64,000 bases of DNA from Candidatus Magasanikiibacteriota bacterium. GTDB taxonomy: Bacteria; Patescibacteriota; Patescibacteriia; Magasanikbacterales; UBA922. Positions 27,332 to 37,165 of the stretch are shown piece after piece. The notes under the pieces are model-generated. The model worked only from the letters and a program-made list of their open reading frames with translations. It had not been told where the DNA came from and made no database searches. Every line of letters begins with the position of its first letter. The stretch's first letter is position 1. Both the position numbers and the translations under genes were made by a program. The DNA lies in the NCBI GenBank assembly GCA_041674805.1, contig JBAYVA010000001.1:390612-454611 (forward strand), read 5' to 3'.

Positions 27332-28960
27332 TTTGATAGAAGCCTTCACAAACTCTCTAAACAAAGGATGTGGTTTCATCGGACGGCTCTTGAATTCTGG
27401 ATGAAATTGCGTACCCACGAAAAATGGATGACCTTTTAGCTCTACAATCTCGACTAAGCCAGATTCAGGATTGACCCCAACTACTTGCAAACCAGCATTG
27501 TCCATCTCATCTCTATAATCATTGTTGAACTCATAACGGTGTCTGTGACGCTCGCTAATCACATCTTGCTTGTAAGCCTCATAAGTCTTGGTATCGTAGC
27601 GTAGAGCGCAATCATAGGCCCCTAAACGCATGGTACCACCATACCTGTGATTCTTGACGTTGCTTTCTTGATTTGGATTGATATGGATGACTGGTTCAGT
27701 CGTCTTTGGATCCATCTCTACTGTATTGGCTTTTGTCTTGCCGAGGACATGACGAACAAATTCAATAGAAGCCAATTGCATACCATAGCATAATCCCAAA
27801 TATGGAATCTTGTTTTCACGAACGAACTCTATCGCATTGATAATACCTTCTACTCCCCTAGTTCCAAAACCACCCGGCACAATCACGCCATCAAAATTTT
27901 TCAAATCTTTTACTTTGTTTTTGTCTTTTTCGTATTCTTCTGAATCTACCCAAGTCAAGACTGGCTTGACATTACTAAACCAACTAGCATGTTTGATAGC
28001 TTCAATGACTGAAATATATGAATCTGACAAAGTAAATTTGCCAGTACCAAAGTATTTGCCAATGACCGCAATTTTGACTTCTTTTTTAGAGTTTTCAATT
28101 TTGTGGACAAAAGCTTTCCACTTAGTCAAATCTGTTTTGACACTTTTCATTTTTAACACTTTTAGTAGTTTGTTGCCAATATCTTGGGCTTCCATTTTGA
28201 GAGGTAATTCATAAATTGAGGCTACATCAGGTGCGGAAATACAATTTTCTCTACGCACTCCACAAAAGACTGCCAACTTTTCACTACGAGGCTTGTCTAG
28301 TTCCATCGAACCACGAGCCACGATAATATCTGCTTGGAGCCCTGCAGTATTCAAAGTTCTAGAAGCATATTGTGTTGGCTTAGTCTTCATTTCACCCAAA
28401 TGTGAAGGTACTGGCAAATAACTAACCATGACGACAGCAATATTTTCTGGATTTTTCATTTTCATCATACGAGCAGCTTCAAGGAAAATAAGATTTTGGT
28501 ATTCCCCAAGAGTTCCACCAACTTCAATCAGTGTAATATCTGCATCTTTTTCTTTGGCAGCAGCTTCAATTCTTCTAATCACTTCTTCCGGCACATGAGG
28601 CACGACTTCCACACATTTGCCTTTGTACTTCATGGCACGTTCATTTTCAATTACTGACAAATAGATACGACCAGTAGTCATATAATTGTTGGAATAAAGA
28701 TCGGTATCCAAAAAACGTTCATAGTTACCCATGTCTTGATCGGTCTCATCGCCATCATCAGTCACAAAGACTTCACCATGCTCAATCGGATTCATCGTAC
28801 CAGCGTCAACATTGACATAAGGATCAATCTTGAGAGCTGTAACCGAAAATCCCTTAGCTTTGAAAATCGCACCAAGAGAAGCAGTCGTCACACCTTTACC
28901 AACTCCACTTAGCACTCCACCAACCACAAAAATGAATTTACGTTTTTTGATTTTTGACAT
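27329..28960 (-). CDS. pyrG: CTP synthase
   Basis: GGVLSGVGKG, KIDPYVNVDAGTM, KTKPTQ, GLCYGMQ, QFHPEF. Confidence 0.98.
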   Translation of the reverse strand: MSKIKKRKFIFVVGGVLSGVGKGVTTASLGAIFKAKGFSVTALKIDPYVNVDAGTMNPIEHGEVFVTDDGDETDQDMGNYERFLDTDLYSNNYMTTGRIYLSVIENERAMKYKGKCVEVVPHVPEEVIRRIEAAAKEKDADITLIEVGGTLGEYQNLIFLEAARMMKMKNPENIAVVMVSYLPVPSHLGEMKTKPTQYASRTLNTAGLQADIIVARGSMELDKPRSEKLAVFCGVRRENCISAPDVASIYELPLKMEAQDIGNKLLKVLKMKSVKTDLTKWKAFVHKIENSKKEVKIAVIGKYFGTGKFTLSDSYISVIEAIKHASWFSNVKPVLTWVDSEEYEKDKNKVKDLKNFDGVIVPGGFGTRGVEGIINAIEFVRENKIPYLGLCYGMQLASIEFVRHVLGKTKANTVEMDPKTTEPVIHINPNQESNVKNHRYGGTMRLGAYDCALRYDTKTYEAYKQDVISERHRHRYEFNNDYRDEMDNAGLQVVGVNPESGLVEIVELKGHPFFVGTQFHPEFKSRPMKPHPLFREFVKASIK

Positions 28961-28974
28961 ATTTTTTATAAATT

Positions 28975-29055
28975 AAAAATCCTAAATCTAAAATCCTAAA
29001 TCTAATAATATACTAAAAAATATTTTTGATTTATGATTTCGGATTTTTGATTTTT
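28975..29055. repeat. Empty inverted pair of 7-nt arms in the pyrG leader
   Basis: (aaatcct/aaatcta)n followed by tttttgatttatgatttcggatttttgatttt. Confidence 0.75.
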
Positions 29056-29139
29056 CAATATGCCAAACATTATACCAAATTTTTTCAAATCTGTGTAATC
29101 AGTGTAATTAAAAAACCACCGGCAGTCGGTGGTACGATA

Positions 29140-29586
29140 TTATTCTTCGCAGATGTTGACTCTAATGTCGGCTTCAAGACCGTGATTAAAAACTATATGA
29201 ACATCATGATCACCTATTTCTTTCAAAGGTTCTTTTAATTTAATTTGTTCTGGTTTGACAGTTACGCCTATTTGTTTCTTGATAGCTTGTGCCAATTTAG
29301 CTGAGTTGATAGCAGCATACAAGGTACCAGAATTACTTACTTTGGCAAGTATCTCTATTTCTCCACCATCTAATCTGCCAGCAATTTTTTGTTGAGACTC
29401 TAATTCTGACTCCATTTGTTTGGCTTTTTTCTTAGCTTGCCCATCTATTTTTTTCAATTCAGCGTCAGTTGCCATAATAGCCAGACCCTGCTTCATCAAA
29501 AAATTACGAGCGTATCCATCGGATACCTCTTTTGTCTCCCCCTTTTTAGCTGTACCTTTGACATCTTTTAGAAATATGACTTTCAT
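29140..29586 (-). CDS. rplI: 50S ribosomal protein L9
   Basis: [11 protein letters not shown]...[10 protein letters not shown]. Confidence 0.96.
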   Translation of the reverse strand: MKVIFLKDVKGTAKKGETKEVSDGYARNFLMKQGLAIMATDAELKKIDGQAKKKAKQMESELESQQKIAGRLDGGEIEILAKVSNSGTLYAAINSAKLAQAIKKQIGVTVKPEQIKLKEPLKEIGDHDVHIVFNHGLEADIRVNICEE

Positions 29587-29620
29587 AAGCAAAAACAGAT
29601 AAAAATGAATTTATGTATTT

Positions 29621-29663
29621 ATTATAGGTCAATATTGATTTTTATGCAAGAATGTGGTAGCAT
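29621..29663. promoter_or_regulatory. Overlapping divergent sigma70 promoters (rplI and era)
   Basis: Minus strand TTGCAT-17-TATAAT (29649-29621); plus strand TTGATT-17-TAGCAT with TG extension (29635-29663). Confidence 0.6.
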
Positions 29664-29728
29664 TGAAGTGTTAGTTTTAAAAGTTAAAGAAAATTCTCAA
29701 TAAAAACCAAACTTAAACTTTCAAAAAA

Positions 29729-29841
29729 GAGCTTACGAGGCTTACAAGGCTTACGAGGCTCATACAATCTCATTAAAAATGTTCACCTAAGTATAACAGG
29801 CCTTGTAAGCCCTGTAAGCCTTGTGAGCATTGTAAGCCTCG
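29729..29841. repeat. Empty inverted pair of 9-nt arms in the era leader
   Basis: (gcttacRag)x3, spacer, then (gccttgtaa-like)x4, ending 3 nt before the era ATG. Confidence 0.88.
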
Positions 29842-29844
29842 TTT

Positions 29845-30693
29845 ATGAAATCAGGATTCGCAGTTCTCATCGGACGTTCCAACGTTGGAAAATCTACACT
29901 TATGAACACTATGGTCGGTACCAAAATTGCTGCCACTTCTTTTCGTGCTCAAATGACTAGACAAGTTATTCATGGAGTTGTAAATAATGCAGAGGGACAA
30001 ATCGTTTTTATTGATACTCCTGGTATTTTCAAAGATAAAAAAAATAGATTGACTGGTAAACTAATAGAAAAAGCTAAAGAAGCTTTGGGTAATGTAGATG
30101 CTATTATCTACGTAGTAGACCCAACTAGAGAAATTGGCGACGAAGAAAAATATACTTTTGGTTTGATAAGACACTTATCCATTCCAAAAATATTGGTTAT
30201 AAACAAAAGTGATTTGCATAAAGATGAAAAGAAACATTTAGAAAGTTACCAAAATTGGGGTGAAAATTTTGATGCTATTTTTGAACTTTCAGCACTTCGT
30301 GCTAGTCATATTCAACCTTTGATAAAAAAAGTATTAGAAATTTTGCCAGAAGGTGAAGCTTTGTATGACAACGAACAACTTACCAACATAAGTGATAAAT
30401 ACTGGGTAGCTGAAATTATCAGAGAAAAAGTATTTTCTGTTTTTGATAAAGAAGTACCATACTCTATCACAGTAGAAGTAGATGAAATGGAAGACAAACC
30501 AGAAAAATTTGTTATTTCAGCAAGAATCCTAACCGATGCTGACAGATACAAAAAAATGATTATTGGTAAAGGTGGTATCAAAATAAAAGAAATTGGACAA
30601 ATGGCTAGACGTGAACTAGAACAAGCTTTGAACAAAAAAATATTTTTGGAACTAGAAGTAGAAGTAGATACACATTGGGTGGATAGAGTATAA
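29845..30693 (+). CDS. era: GTPase Era
   Basis: GRSNVGKST, DTPG, NKSD, EIIREK, IIGKGG KH domain. Confidence 0.96.
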   Translation: MKSGFAVLIGRSNVGKSTLMNTMVGTKIAATSFRAQMTRQVIHGVVNNAEGQIVFIDTPGIFKDKKNRLTGKLIEKAKEALGNVDAIIYVVDPTREIGDEEKYTFGLIRHLSIPKILVINKSDLHKDEKKHLESYQNWGENFDAIFELSALRASHIQPLIKKVLEILPEGEALYDNEQLTNISDKYWVAEIIREKVFSVFDKEVPYSITVEVDEMEDKPEKFVISARILTDADRYKKMIIGKGGIKIKEIGQMARRELEQALNKKIFLELEVEVDTHWVDRV

Positions 30694-30733
30694 AAGTTTG
30701 TAAAGTTATAAAGTTGAAAGTTTATAAAGTAAC
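30691..30733. repeat. Solo AAAGTT-type arm starting at the era stop codon
   Basis: taaaagtttgtaaagttataaagttgaaagtttataaagt. Confidence 0.65.
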
Positions 30734-30735
30734 TT

Positions 30736-30774
30736 AATAAAAAAGTCCGTGATAATATCACGGACTTTTTTATT
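30736..30774. terminator. Bidirectional terminator
   Basis: AATAAAAAAGTCCGTGAT...ATCACGGACTTTTTTATT. Confidence 0.82.
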
Positions 30775-30804
30775 TAATTACTAAGAACTCTGAACACTAA
30801 ACTA

Positions 30805-31518
30805 TTATTTTACAAATCCATCAAACTCACTTTGTGAAATCACTTGCGCTTTGTAAGTAGCACCTTCAGCCACAAGTAAACTATTCAAAACTTTTAAATT
30901 TTTGCCAGAAGCTTCTTTGATTGCCTCAAAAACTTTTTTAGAAATACCATCAATTCCTCTTTCCAAATAAGTATTAACATTTTTTATCATACTTTCTTCC
31001 AAAAGTAATCCAGAGGTAAAAGCTTTGACACGCATTTCATTACCAATTGGCAACAATTTATCATAAAGTGTTTGAACTTTAGCATCTTTGAAAGTTCCTT
31101 CTTCCAAAGCAGCCACAGACAAATCCACTTGCAAACCTCCCATGACAGCAGCCAAAATTTCTCTTTGGGTAGCATGCGATTCTACCAAACTATCCAAAAT
31201 AGGCAATTCATGTTTTTCATTCCAAGTTGCAAACAAATTTTCAGCCATTTTTTCTGATTCATACATATATGGCAAAGCCATTGTATCACCTTGTGTAGCT
31301 TTGGCACCAACATTTTTGCCCAATTCTTCAAAAAAAACAGTATTATCTATACTAGCTACACCGTCACTATCTACTACTACCAAACTTTTTTCTGATATTT
31401 TGTCACCAGAATTTACATTGTCAGAAGACATTGTGTTATCATCTGAAACACTACTACAACCTGCTCCTAGCAAAAGCACAACAGAAAGAGCAGACACAGC
31501 CAAAATACTTTTTTTCAT
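30805..31518 (-). CDS. Putative lipoprotein with ferritin-like (DUF2202-like) domain
   Basis: Lipobox-like LLGAGC; YMYESEKMA resembles the DUF2202 MREEEKLA helix. Confidence 0.65.
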   Translation of the reverse strand: MKKSILAVSALSVVLLLGAGCSSVSDDNTMSSDNVNSGDKISEKSLVVVDSDGVASIDNTVFFEELGKNVGAKATQGDTMALPYMYESEKMAENLFATWNEKHELPILDSLVESHATQREILAAVMGGLQVDLSVAALEEGTFKDAKVQTLYDKLLPIGNEMRVKAFTSGLLLEESMIKNVNTYLERGIDGISKKVFEAIKEASGKNLKVLNSLLVAEGATYKAQVISQSEFDGFVK

Positions 31519-31566
31519 AATTTTATTATTATGACAAAATAAATTTTGTCATTTGTTAAATTAAAA

Positions 31567-31926
31567 TTAATATCTACCAGCAAAAACTTCTTTGACCATT
31601 TCTATATCTTCTTTTATTTTTTCTACTAATTCTTTTATAGAATCATGGCGTTCTACCTCACTCACTTTTTGGACAAGATCTACCTCAACAAATTTTCCAT
31701 AAATATTTTTATCAAAATCCAAAATATGAAATTCAAATTTATAAGAATTACCTTTTGACAAGACAATCAAAGCTCCATTGTATTTGACTTTATCAATAAT
31801 TATTGTCGCAGCAAAAACACCTGTAGCTACTTTCGTACCTTTTTTTATTTTACATTCAATATTGGCTGTAGGAAAACCAAAATTCCGACCAATACCATCA
31901 CCATGTATAACTATTCCACTAAACAT
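31567..31926 (-). CDS. Stand-alone riboflavin kinase domain
   Basis: GIVIHGDGIGRNFGFPTAN, FEFHILDFDKNIYG. Confidence 0.85.
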   Translation of the reverse strand: MFSGIVIHGDGIGRNFGFPTANIECKIKKGTKVATGVFAATIIIDKVKYNGALIVLSKGNSYKFEFHILDFDKNIYGKFVEVDLVQKVSEVERHDSIKELVEKIKEDIEMVKEVFAGRY

Positions 31927-31942
31927 ATAAAAATAATAATTT

Positions 31943-33199
31943 TTATTTCAAAGTTTCCAAAGCTTTTTCCAAACCTTTATCAATATAATCTTTAGCATCT
32001 TCACCTGTAGTTTTTTCTTTTTGAACAAACATATCCCCTTCTATTAAGATATCAGCTTCCAAACCTTTACCATTTATTTGTCTAGATTTTGGAGTGTACC
32101 ACTCTGCAATAGTAATTTTCAAAGCAGAACCATCTTCCAAAATTTCAAATTCTTGAACAGATCCTTTACCATAAGTAGTCTTACCAATAGCTTGTGCTAC
32201 ACCATAATCTTGCAAAGCGCCTGTCACAATTTCAGAACCTGAAGCCGTACCTTCATCAATAAGAATTACAGTAGGTATTCCAACAAATCTATGTTTACCT
32301 TCTTTGGCAAAATATTCTTTGGTACTACCATCATTGAACTTTTCTGAAACAACAATACCTTGATCAGCTTTCAACCATTCGGCTGCCACTTTTACAGAAG
32401 TATCTAAATAACCACCAGGATTACCACGCAAATCAAGAACAATACTTTTTGGAGATTTTAGCAAAATATCTTTGACATCTTTATCAAATTCACCCCAAGT
32501 TGTATCATTGAAAGTACTAATACGTAAATAAATCACACCCTTACCTTTTTCTTCCCATTTTACTGAAGGTAACTCAATATTATCACGAATTATTTTTATT
32601 TCTTCAATTTTGTCATTATTTTTTCTTTGTACAGTCAAAGTTACTTCTGTTCCTTTTTCTCCTCTTATTTTAATAACAGCTTCTTCTACACTTAACTCAG
32701 AAACATCTTCAGCATTTACCTGCAAGATAATATCACCAGCTTTCAAGCCAGCTTTTTCCGCAGGTGAACCTTCTAATGGAGAAATTACTGTGATTTTTTC
32801 ATTTCTAATACCAATTTCAGCCCCAATTCCACTAAAAGAACCAGACAAATCTGTTAAAAATGTTTTAGCTTTTTCTGGTGGAAAATAAACAGAATAAGGA
32901 TCATCCAAACCAGCTACCAAACCTTCCATGGCTGAATAAAATAATTTGACTTCATCTACTGGCTGTTTAACATAATTTTCTTTTACTTTTTTCCAAACTG
33001 TCCAAAATTGTAAAAAATCAACACTATCTGATCTAGTATTAGAATACAAATTTACCACTTTTTTTATGTCTACCTGACCTTCTTCATTTACTAAGTTACT
33101 AGCAATATCTCGGCTTATTCCTAATAAAAAGCCTACAAAAAATATAGCAACCGTAAAAATTAAAAATAAAACAAAATTTAAAATTTTTCTTTTTGACAT
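31943..33199 (-). CDS. ctpA: Carboxyl-terminal protease S41 with PDZ domain
   Basis: DPYSVY, GIGAEI, DLRGNPGG, TASGSEI, TYGKGSVQ. Confidence 0.93.
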   Translation of the reverse strand: MSKRKILNFVLFLIFTVAIFFVGFLLGISRDIASNLVNEEGQVDIKKVVNLYSNTRSDSVDFLQFWTVWKKVKENYVKQPVDEVKLFYSAMEGLVAGLDDPYSVYFPPEKAKTFLTDLSGSFSGIGAEIGIRNEKITVISPLEGSPAEKAGLKAGDIILQVNAEDVSELSVEEAVIKIRGEKGTEVTLTVQRKNNDKIEEIKIIRDNIELPSVKWEEKGKGVIYLRISTFNDTTWGEFDKDVKDILLKSPKSIVLDLRGNPGGYLDTSVKVAAEWLKADQGIVVSEKFNDGSTKEYFAKEGKHRFVGIPTVILIDEGTASGSEIVTGALQDYGVAQAIGKTTYGKGSVQEFEILEDGSALKITIAEWYTPKSRQINGKGLEADILIEGDMFVQKEKTTGEDAKDYIDKGLEKALETLK

Positions 33200-33206
33200 A
33201 ATTATA

Positions 33207-34508
33207 TTATTCTTCGTGAGTTATTTTAGCACCAACAGTAGCCAAACGCTCTGCTAAATTTTCATAACCACGTTCTATGGTATAAGAATTACGCATTACA
33301 GATTTTCCAGAAGCAGCAATCATCGCTACCAACAAAGCTACAGCAGGACGAATAGCTGGTGGACACATAAATTCATTACCTTTAAGTTCAGTAGGACCTT
33401 CTACAAAAACACGATGTGGATCAAGCAAAGTAATATTAGCACCTAACTTTTGGAAATCTAGAAAATAAATTGCTCTATTTTCGTAAACCCAATCATGGAC
33501 AAGAGTCCTACCTTTGGCTTGAGTCAAAATAGGAACAAACAAAGGTAAATTATCAATATTCAAACCAGGGAAAGGACGTCCATAAATTTTATCAGGCAAG
33601 GCTTTTAATTCTGATTTCAAAAATTTAATATCTACCACGTCAAAATTGCCACTCAAAGATTTTCTTTTATTTTTTATTTGAAATTTTTGTCCCATGACAG
33701 ATAATTTTTCTAATTCTAATTCTAGAAAATCAAGAGGACAATTTTTTATTGTTAATTCTGATTTAGTAGTAATTGCCAAAGCTATAAAAGTCATAGCTTC
33801 TATAGGATCTGGAATAATATGATATTTTTTTATAGGATTCAATTTTTTAACACCTGTAATTTTCAGAGTTGTATTTCCAATTCCTTCAATTTTAGCACCA
33901 GCTGATTGCAAGAAATAACACAAATCTTGAACCATATAATTTGAAGAAGCAAATTTGATAGTTGTCACACCTGGAGCTAACACTGCTGCCATAATAGCAT
34001 TTTCAGTAGGTGTATCACCAGATTCGTACATTACGATATCAGCTGATTTGAGTGGTTTATTTTTTACATCATAATACTTAGCTTTGGAAACCACACTAAC
34101 CCCAAATTTTTCAAGAGCAAACAAATGAGGTTTGACAGTACGTTCACCCAAACGGCAACCACCTGATTTGTAAATTTTGAATTCTTTTTCACGAGCAGCC
34201 AAAGCACCCAAAAGCATCAAGGAAGATCTCGTGACTTCTGTAGCTTTCTTATCAATTTTGTCCATTGTCAATTTTTTGCCAGTATTTAGATACAAAGTAT
34301 GTTCATCTTTCCAAACTACTTCTACATTGATACTCTCCAAAATTTCCAAAATACGATAAACTTCTTCTATACGTGGCATATCGTACAAAACTACTTCACC
34401 TTTTACCATAAGAGAAGCACAAAGAATAGATACCGCTGAATTCTTGGCAGTATTTACAGCCAAAGATCCTGATAATTCATGGCCACCTTCTACAACGAAT
34501 TTAGACAT
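33207..34508 (-). CDS. murA: UDP-N-acetylglucosamine 1-carboxyvinyltransferase
   Basis: AKNS, GGCRLGER, TENAIMAA, PDPIEA, YENR, IERGYE. Confidence 0.92.
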   Translation of the reverse strand: MSKFVVEGGHELSGSLAVNTAKNSAVSILCASLMVKGEVVLYDMPRIEEVYRILEILESINVEVVWKDEHTLYLNTGKKLTMDKIDKKATEVTRSSLMLLGALAAREKEFKIYKSGGCRLGERTVKPHLFALEKFGVSVVSKAKYYDVKNKPLKSADIVMYESGDTPTENAIMAAVLAPGVTTIKFASSNYMVQDLCYFLQSAGAKIEGIGNTTLKITGVKKLNPIKKYHIIPDPIEAMTFIALAITTKSELTIKNCPLDFLELELEKLSVMGQKFQIKNKRKSLSGNFDVVDIKFLKSELKALPDKIYGRPFPGLNIDNLPLFVPILTQAKGRTLVHDWVYENRAIYFLDFQKLGANITLLDPHRVFVEGPTELKGNEFMCPPAIRPAVALLVAMIAASGKSVMRNSYTIERGYENLAERLATVGAKITHEE

Positions 34509-34571
34509 AAAATTTGATTAAAATGTTAAAATACGATATTATTATATCGCAAAAAGACACTAAAAGCAAAC

Positions 34572-35876
34572 ATGGATACAAAACACCAAAAACTTATCAA
34601 AACTCGATTAAATAGACATATAAGAATTTTTATCATGTGTTCTTTGATTACTTCTTTTTTTATAATTTCACCATTACTAATAGCTTACGCTTCAGGCTAC
34701 AGATATGATTTTGAAAAACACAAAATAAAGCAAACCGGAATTTTAAATATTGATATTTTGCCAAGAGATGCCCAAATTTTTTTAAATAACAAATTAGTTG
34801 ATCAAAAAATACCTTTCAATACTTCCTTACATCCTGATACTTATTTACTAACTATCAAAAAAAATGGTTATAAAACTTGGGAAAAAAATATTAGTATCAA
34901 TAGTACCAAAACAACTTATGTAAATTATATACAGTTAGTCAAAGATGAAAAACCTCAAGATCTAAACATTAACAATGTAAGAAGTTTTTTAAGTAATATA
35001 GATAGCAAAAATGCTTTAATAATACAAGATGAAAATAATTTACAAAAAATTTCTACATTTAACTTTTTAGAAAAAAAAGTAGATCTAATAGAAAATGATG
35101 TAAATATCACAAATTACAGTATTTCACCATACCAAAATTTTGTTTACATTACCAAAGAAAAATCCGGGGAAAAACAATTAGAATTTTTTGATTTAGATAA
35201 ATTAAATAAAAATTTTATTATTGATTTGAATACTAGTACAGAAAATCATCATATACAATGGTTAGACAATGAAAACTATTTAGCAATTGTCAAAGATAAT
35301 AATCAACTCAAATTTATAAAAACTAATGGCGAAATAAAAATTTTAGAAAAAAACATTATAGCTACAGAAAATTGGTATTCTGACCATAAAAATAATATTT
35401 GGTTATATAATGAAAATATTTTATTTTTTGAAAAAGAAAATTATATAGTAAATTCTCAAATTACAGAAATAATTTATATAGATGAACATCTTGTTATCGG
35501 CAAAACTACTAATGAATTTTTTTTGATAGATAGAAAAACTCAAAAAATAGAAAATATCAAAGCTGAAAAATATTTTTTTGACCAAAAAAATCAACAATGG
35601 GTAGTTTATTCTGATTGGGAAATATTTACTATAAAAAAAGATGCTAATGTAAATTTGGAATATCGTAATGGTGAAAAAATAAAAAATCTTTTGCTAGCGG
35701 AAAATCACAATTATATTTTGAGTACTGAAAATAAAGTAACTATTTTAGACACAAATCGTTTGACCGAATTTGATATTTTAGATAATCCTCAAAATAATAT
35801 TTATTTAAATCAAAAACAAAGAGAACTGTTTTTTATCAGTTCTCCAAATAATAATTTATATTTACTAAATTTTTAA
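34572..35876 (+). CDS. PEGA-domain membrane-anchored protein
   Basis: TM helix followed by YASGYRYD...TGILNI..LP..AQIFLN...Y.LTIKKNGYKTWEK. Confidence 0.75.
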   Translation: MDTKHQKLIKTRLNRHIRIFIMCSLITSFFIISPLLIAYASGYRYDFEKHKIKQTGILNIDILPRDAQIFLNNKLVDQKIPFNTSLHPDTYLLTIKKNGYKTWEKNISINSTKTTYVNYIQLVKDEKPQDLNINNVRSFLSNIDSKNALIIQDENNLQKISTFNFLEKKVDLIENDVNITNYSISPYQNFVYITKEKSGEKQLEFFDLDKLNKNFIIDLNTSTENHHIQWLDNENYLAIVKDNNQLKFIKTNGEIKILEKNIIATENWYSDHKNNIWLYNENILFFEKENYIVNSQITEIIYIDEHLVIGKTTNEFFLIDRKTQKIENIKAEKYFFDQKNQQWVVYSDWEIFTIKKDANVNLEYRNGEKIKNLLLAENHNYILSTENKVTILDTNRLTEFDILDNPQNNIYLNQKQRELFFISSPNNNLYLLNF

Positions 35877-36958
35877 ATTTCTATAATTGTTTTATCACCT
35901 ATTATCATATTTCTACCCTCATGGGTAGATTTTTTTATCAACTTTACATTCTTGCCAATCAAACTATCACTTATAACCAAATCTACATCAATCAAAGTAT
36001 TTTCCAAAATAATAGAATCTTTTATGGTAGAATTTTTGATTTCACAACCTGAACCAATCGTAGTATTTGGTCCAATAGTACAATTAGATAAAACACAATT
36101 TTCACCAATAATTACAGGACCATTCAAGACTACTTTACTATCAACACGAGAACCTAACCCGATATGAACTTTGTCACTAATCTTCACACCACTTTCCAAA
36201 GTTCCATGATTAGGAAAATCTTTTTCTGGCATTTCTTCTAAAAGAAGACGATTGGCAATAAGCAAATCCTCTATTTTACCAGTATCTTTCCACCAACCAG
36301 TAATTTCTTTGTAACCAACATTTTTATTATTTTTTAGAAAATGAGAATGAATACTTGAAATTTCGTATTCTCCCCTATCACTCTTTTCAATTTTTTCAAA
36401 AGTTTCAAAAAATAGTTTTGGACCATACAAATAAATTCCCGTTACAGCAAAATTATTTTGTGGATTGGCTGGTTTTTCCAAGACATCAATGAGCTTATTG
36501 TTTTCATCAAAAATTGGCACACCAAATCTCTGTGGATCAGGCACTTCTGACAAAGCCAACATACAATCAAAATTACTGTTTTCAAACTCTTCAAACATTG
36601 GTTTTATACTACCCAAAATAATATTATCTGATAAATAAAACATGAAAGGATCATCCCCAATAAATTGTTTAGCTTCGTTTACCACATGCGCGATACCTTG
36701 AGGTCCACCTGTTTGTTCAAAAAATTTAATCTTAATACCCCAATGACCACCATCGCCAATATAATTTTCCAAATCTTTTTCACCAGGATTAGTATTGATA
36801 AAAATTTCTTCAATGCCTGCTTCTACTGCTTTTTCAATAGCATGAAAAATCATCGGCTTATTTGCCAAAGGTAATAAATGTTTGTTGATTGTCGTAGTGA
36901 TAGGATGCAGACGAGTTGCACGTCCCCCACCAGTTAGAATTGCTTTTTTAATCTTCAT
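35873..36958 (-). CDS. rfbA: Glucose-1-phosphate thymidylyltransferase (long form)
   Basis: GGRATRLHPIT, KHLLPLANKP, EKP, RGEYEI, WWKDTG; hexapeptide-repeat C-terminus. Confidence 0.88.
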   Translation of the reverse strand: MKIKKAILTGGGRATRLHPITTTINKHLLPLANKPMIFHAIEKAVEAGIEEIFINTNPGEKDLENYIGDGGHWGIKIKFFEQTGGPQGIAHVVNEAKQFIGDDPFMFYLSDNIILGSIKPMFEEFENSNFDCMLALSEVPDPQRFGVPIFDENNKLIDVLEKPANPQNNFAVTGIYLYGPKLFFETFEKIEKSDRGEYEISSIHSHFLKNNKNVGYKEITGWWKDTGKIEDLLIANRLLLEEMPEKDFPNHGTLESGVKISDKVHIGLGSRVDSKVVLNGPVIIGENCVLSNCTIGPNTTIGSGCEIKNSTIKDSIILENTLIDVDLVISDSLIGKNVKLIKKSTHEGRNMIIGDKTIIEI

Positions 36959-37165
36959 ATAACACTGATTACATTGATTTTAAAAAATTACACTGAAATT
37001 AAATTGATAAACTTTTCTTTAAAATATTTACTTTTAATTAATAACTTTTTTATACTCTTATATATTATCATTGATATTTTTTTATCTACACCAATTATTT
37101 TTGTAATCAAATTATTCTTTTTAAACATAATCTGCGAAATCATCAAAAATCAGTGTAATCAGTGC
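36959..37165 (-). pseudogene. Probable eroded GxxExxY-type cassette between inverted arms
   Basis: Arms CACTGATTACATTGATTTT and AAAATCAGTGTAATCAGTG enclose a 46-aa ORF (37128-36988) MFKKNNLITKIIG...KEKFINLISV. Confidence 0.45.

Noticed and set aside
16153-29841. Repeat arrays as possible CRISPR arrays
   Set aside because: Units are 7-10 nt and contiguous with no unique spacers, and no cas genes are present.
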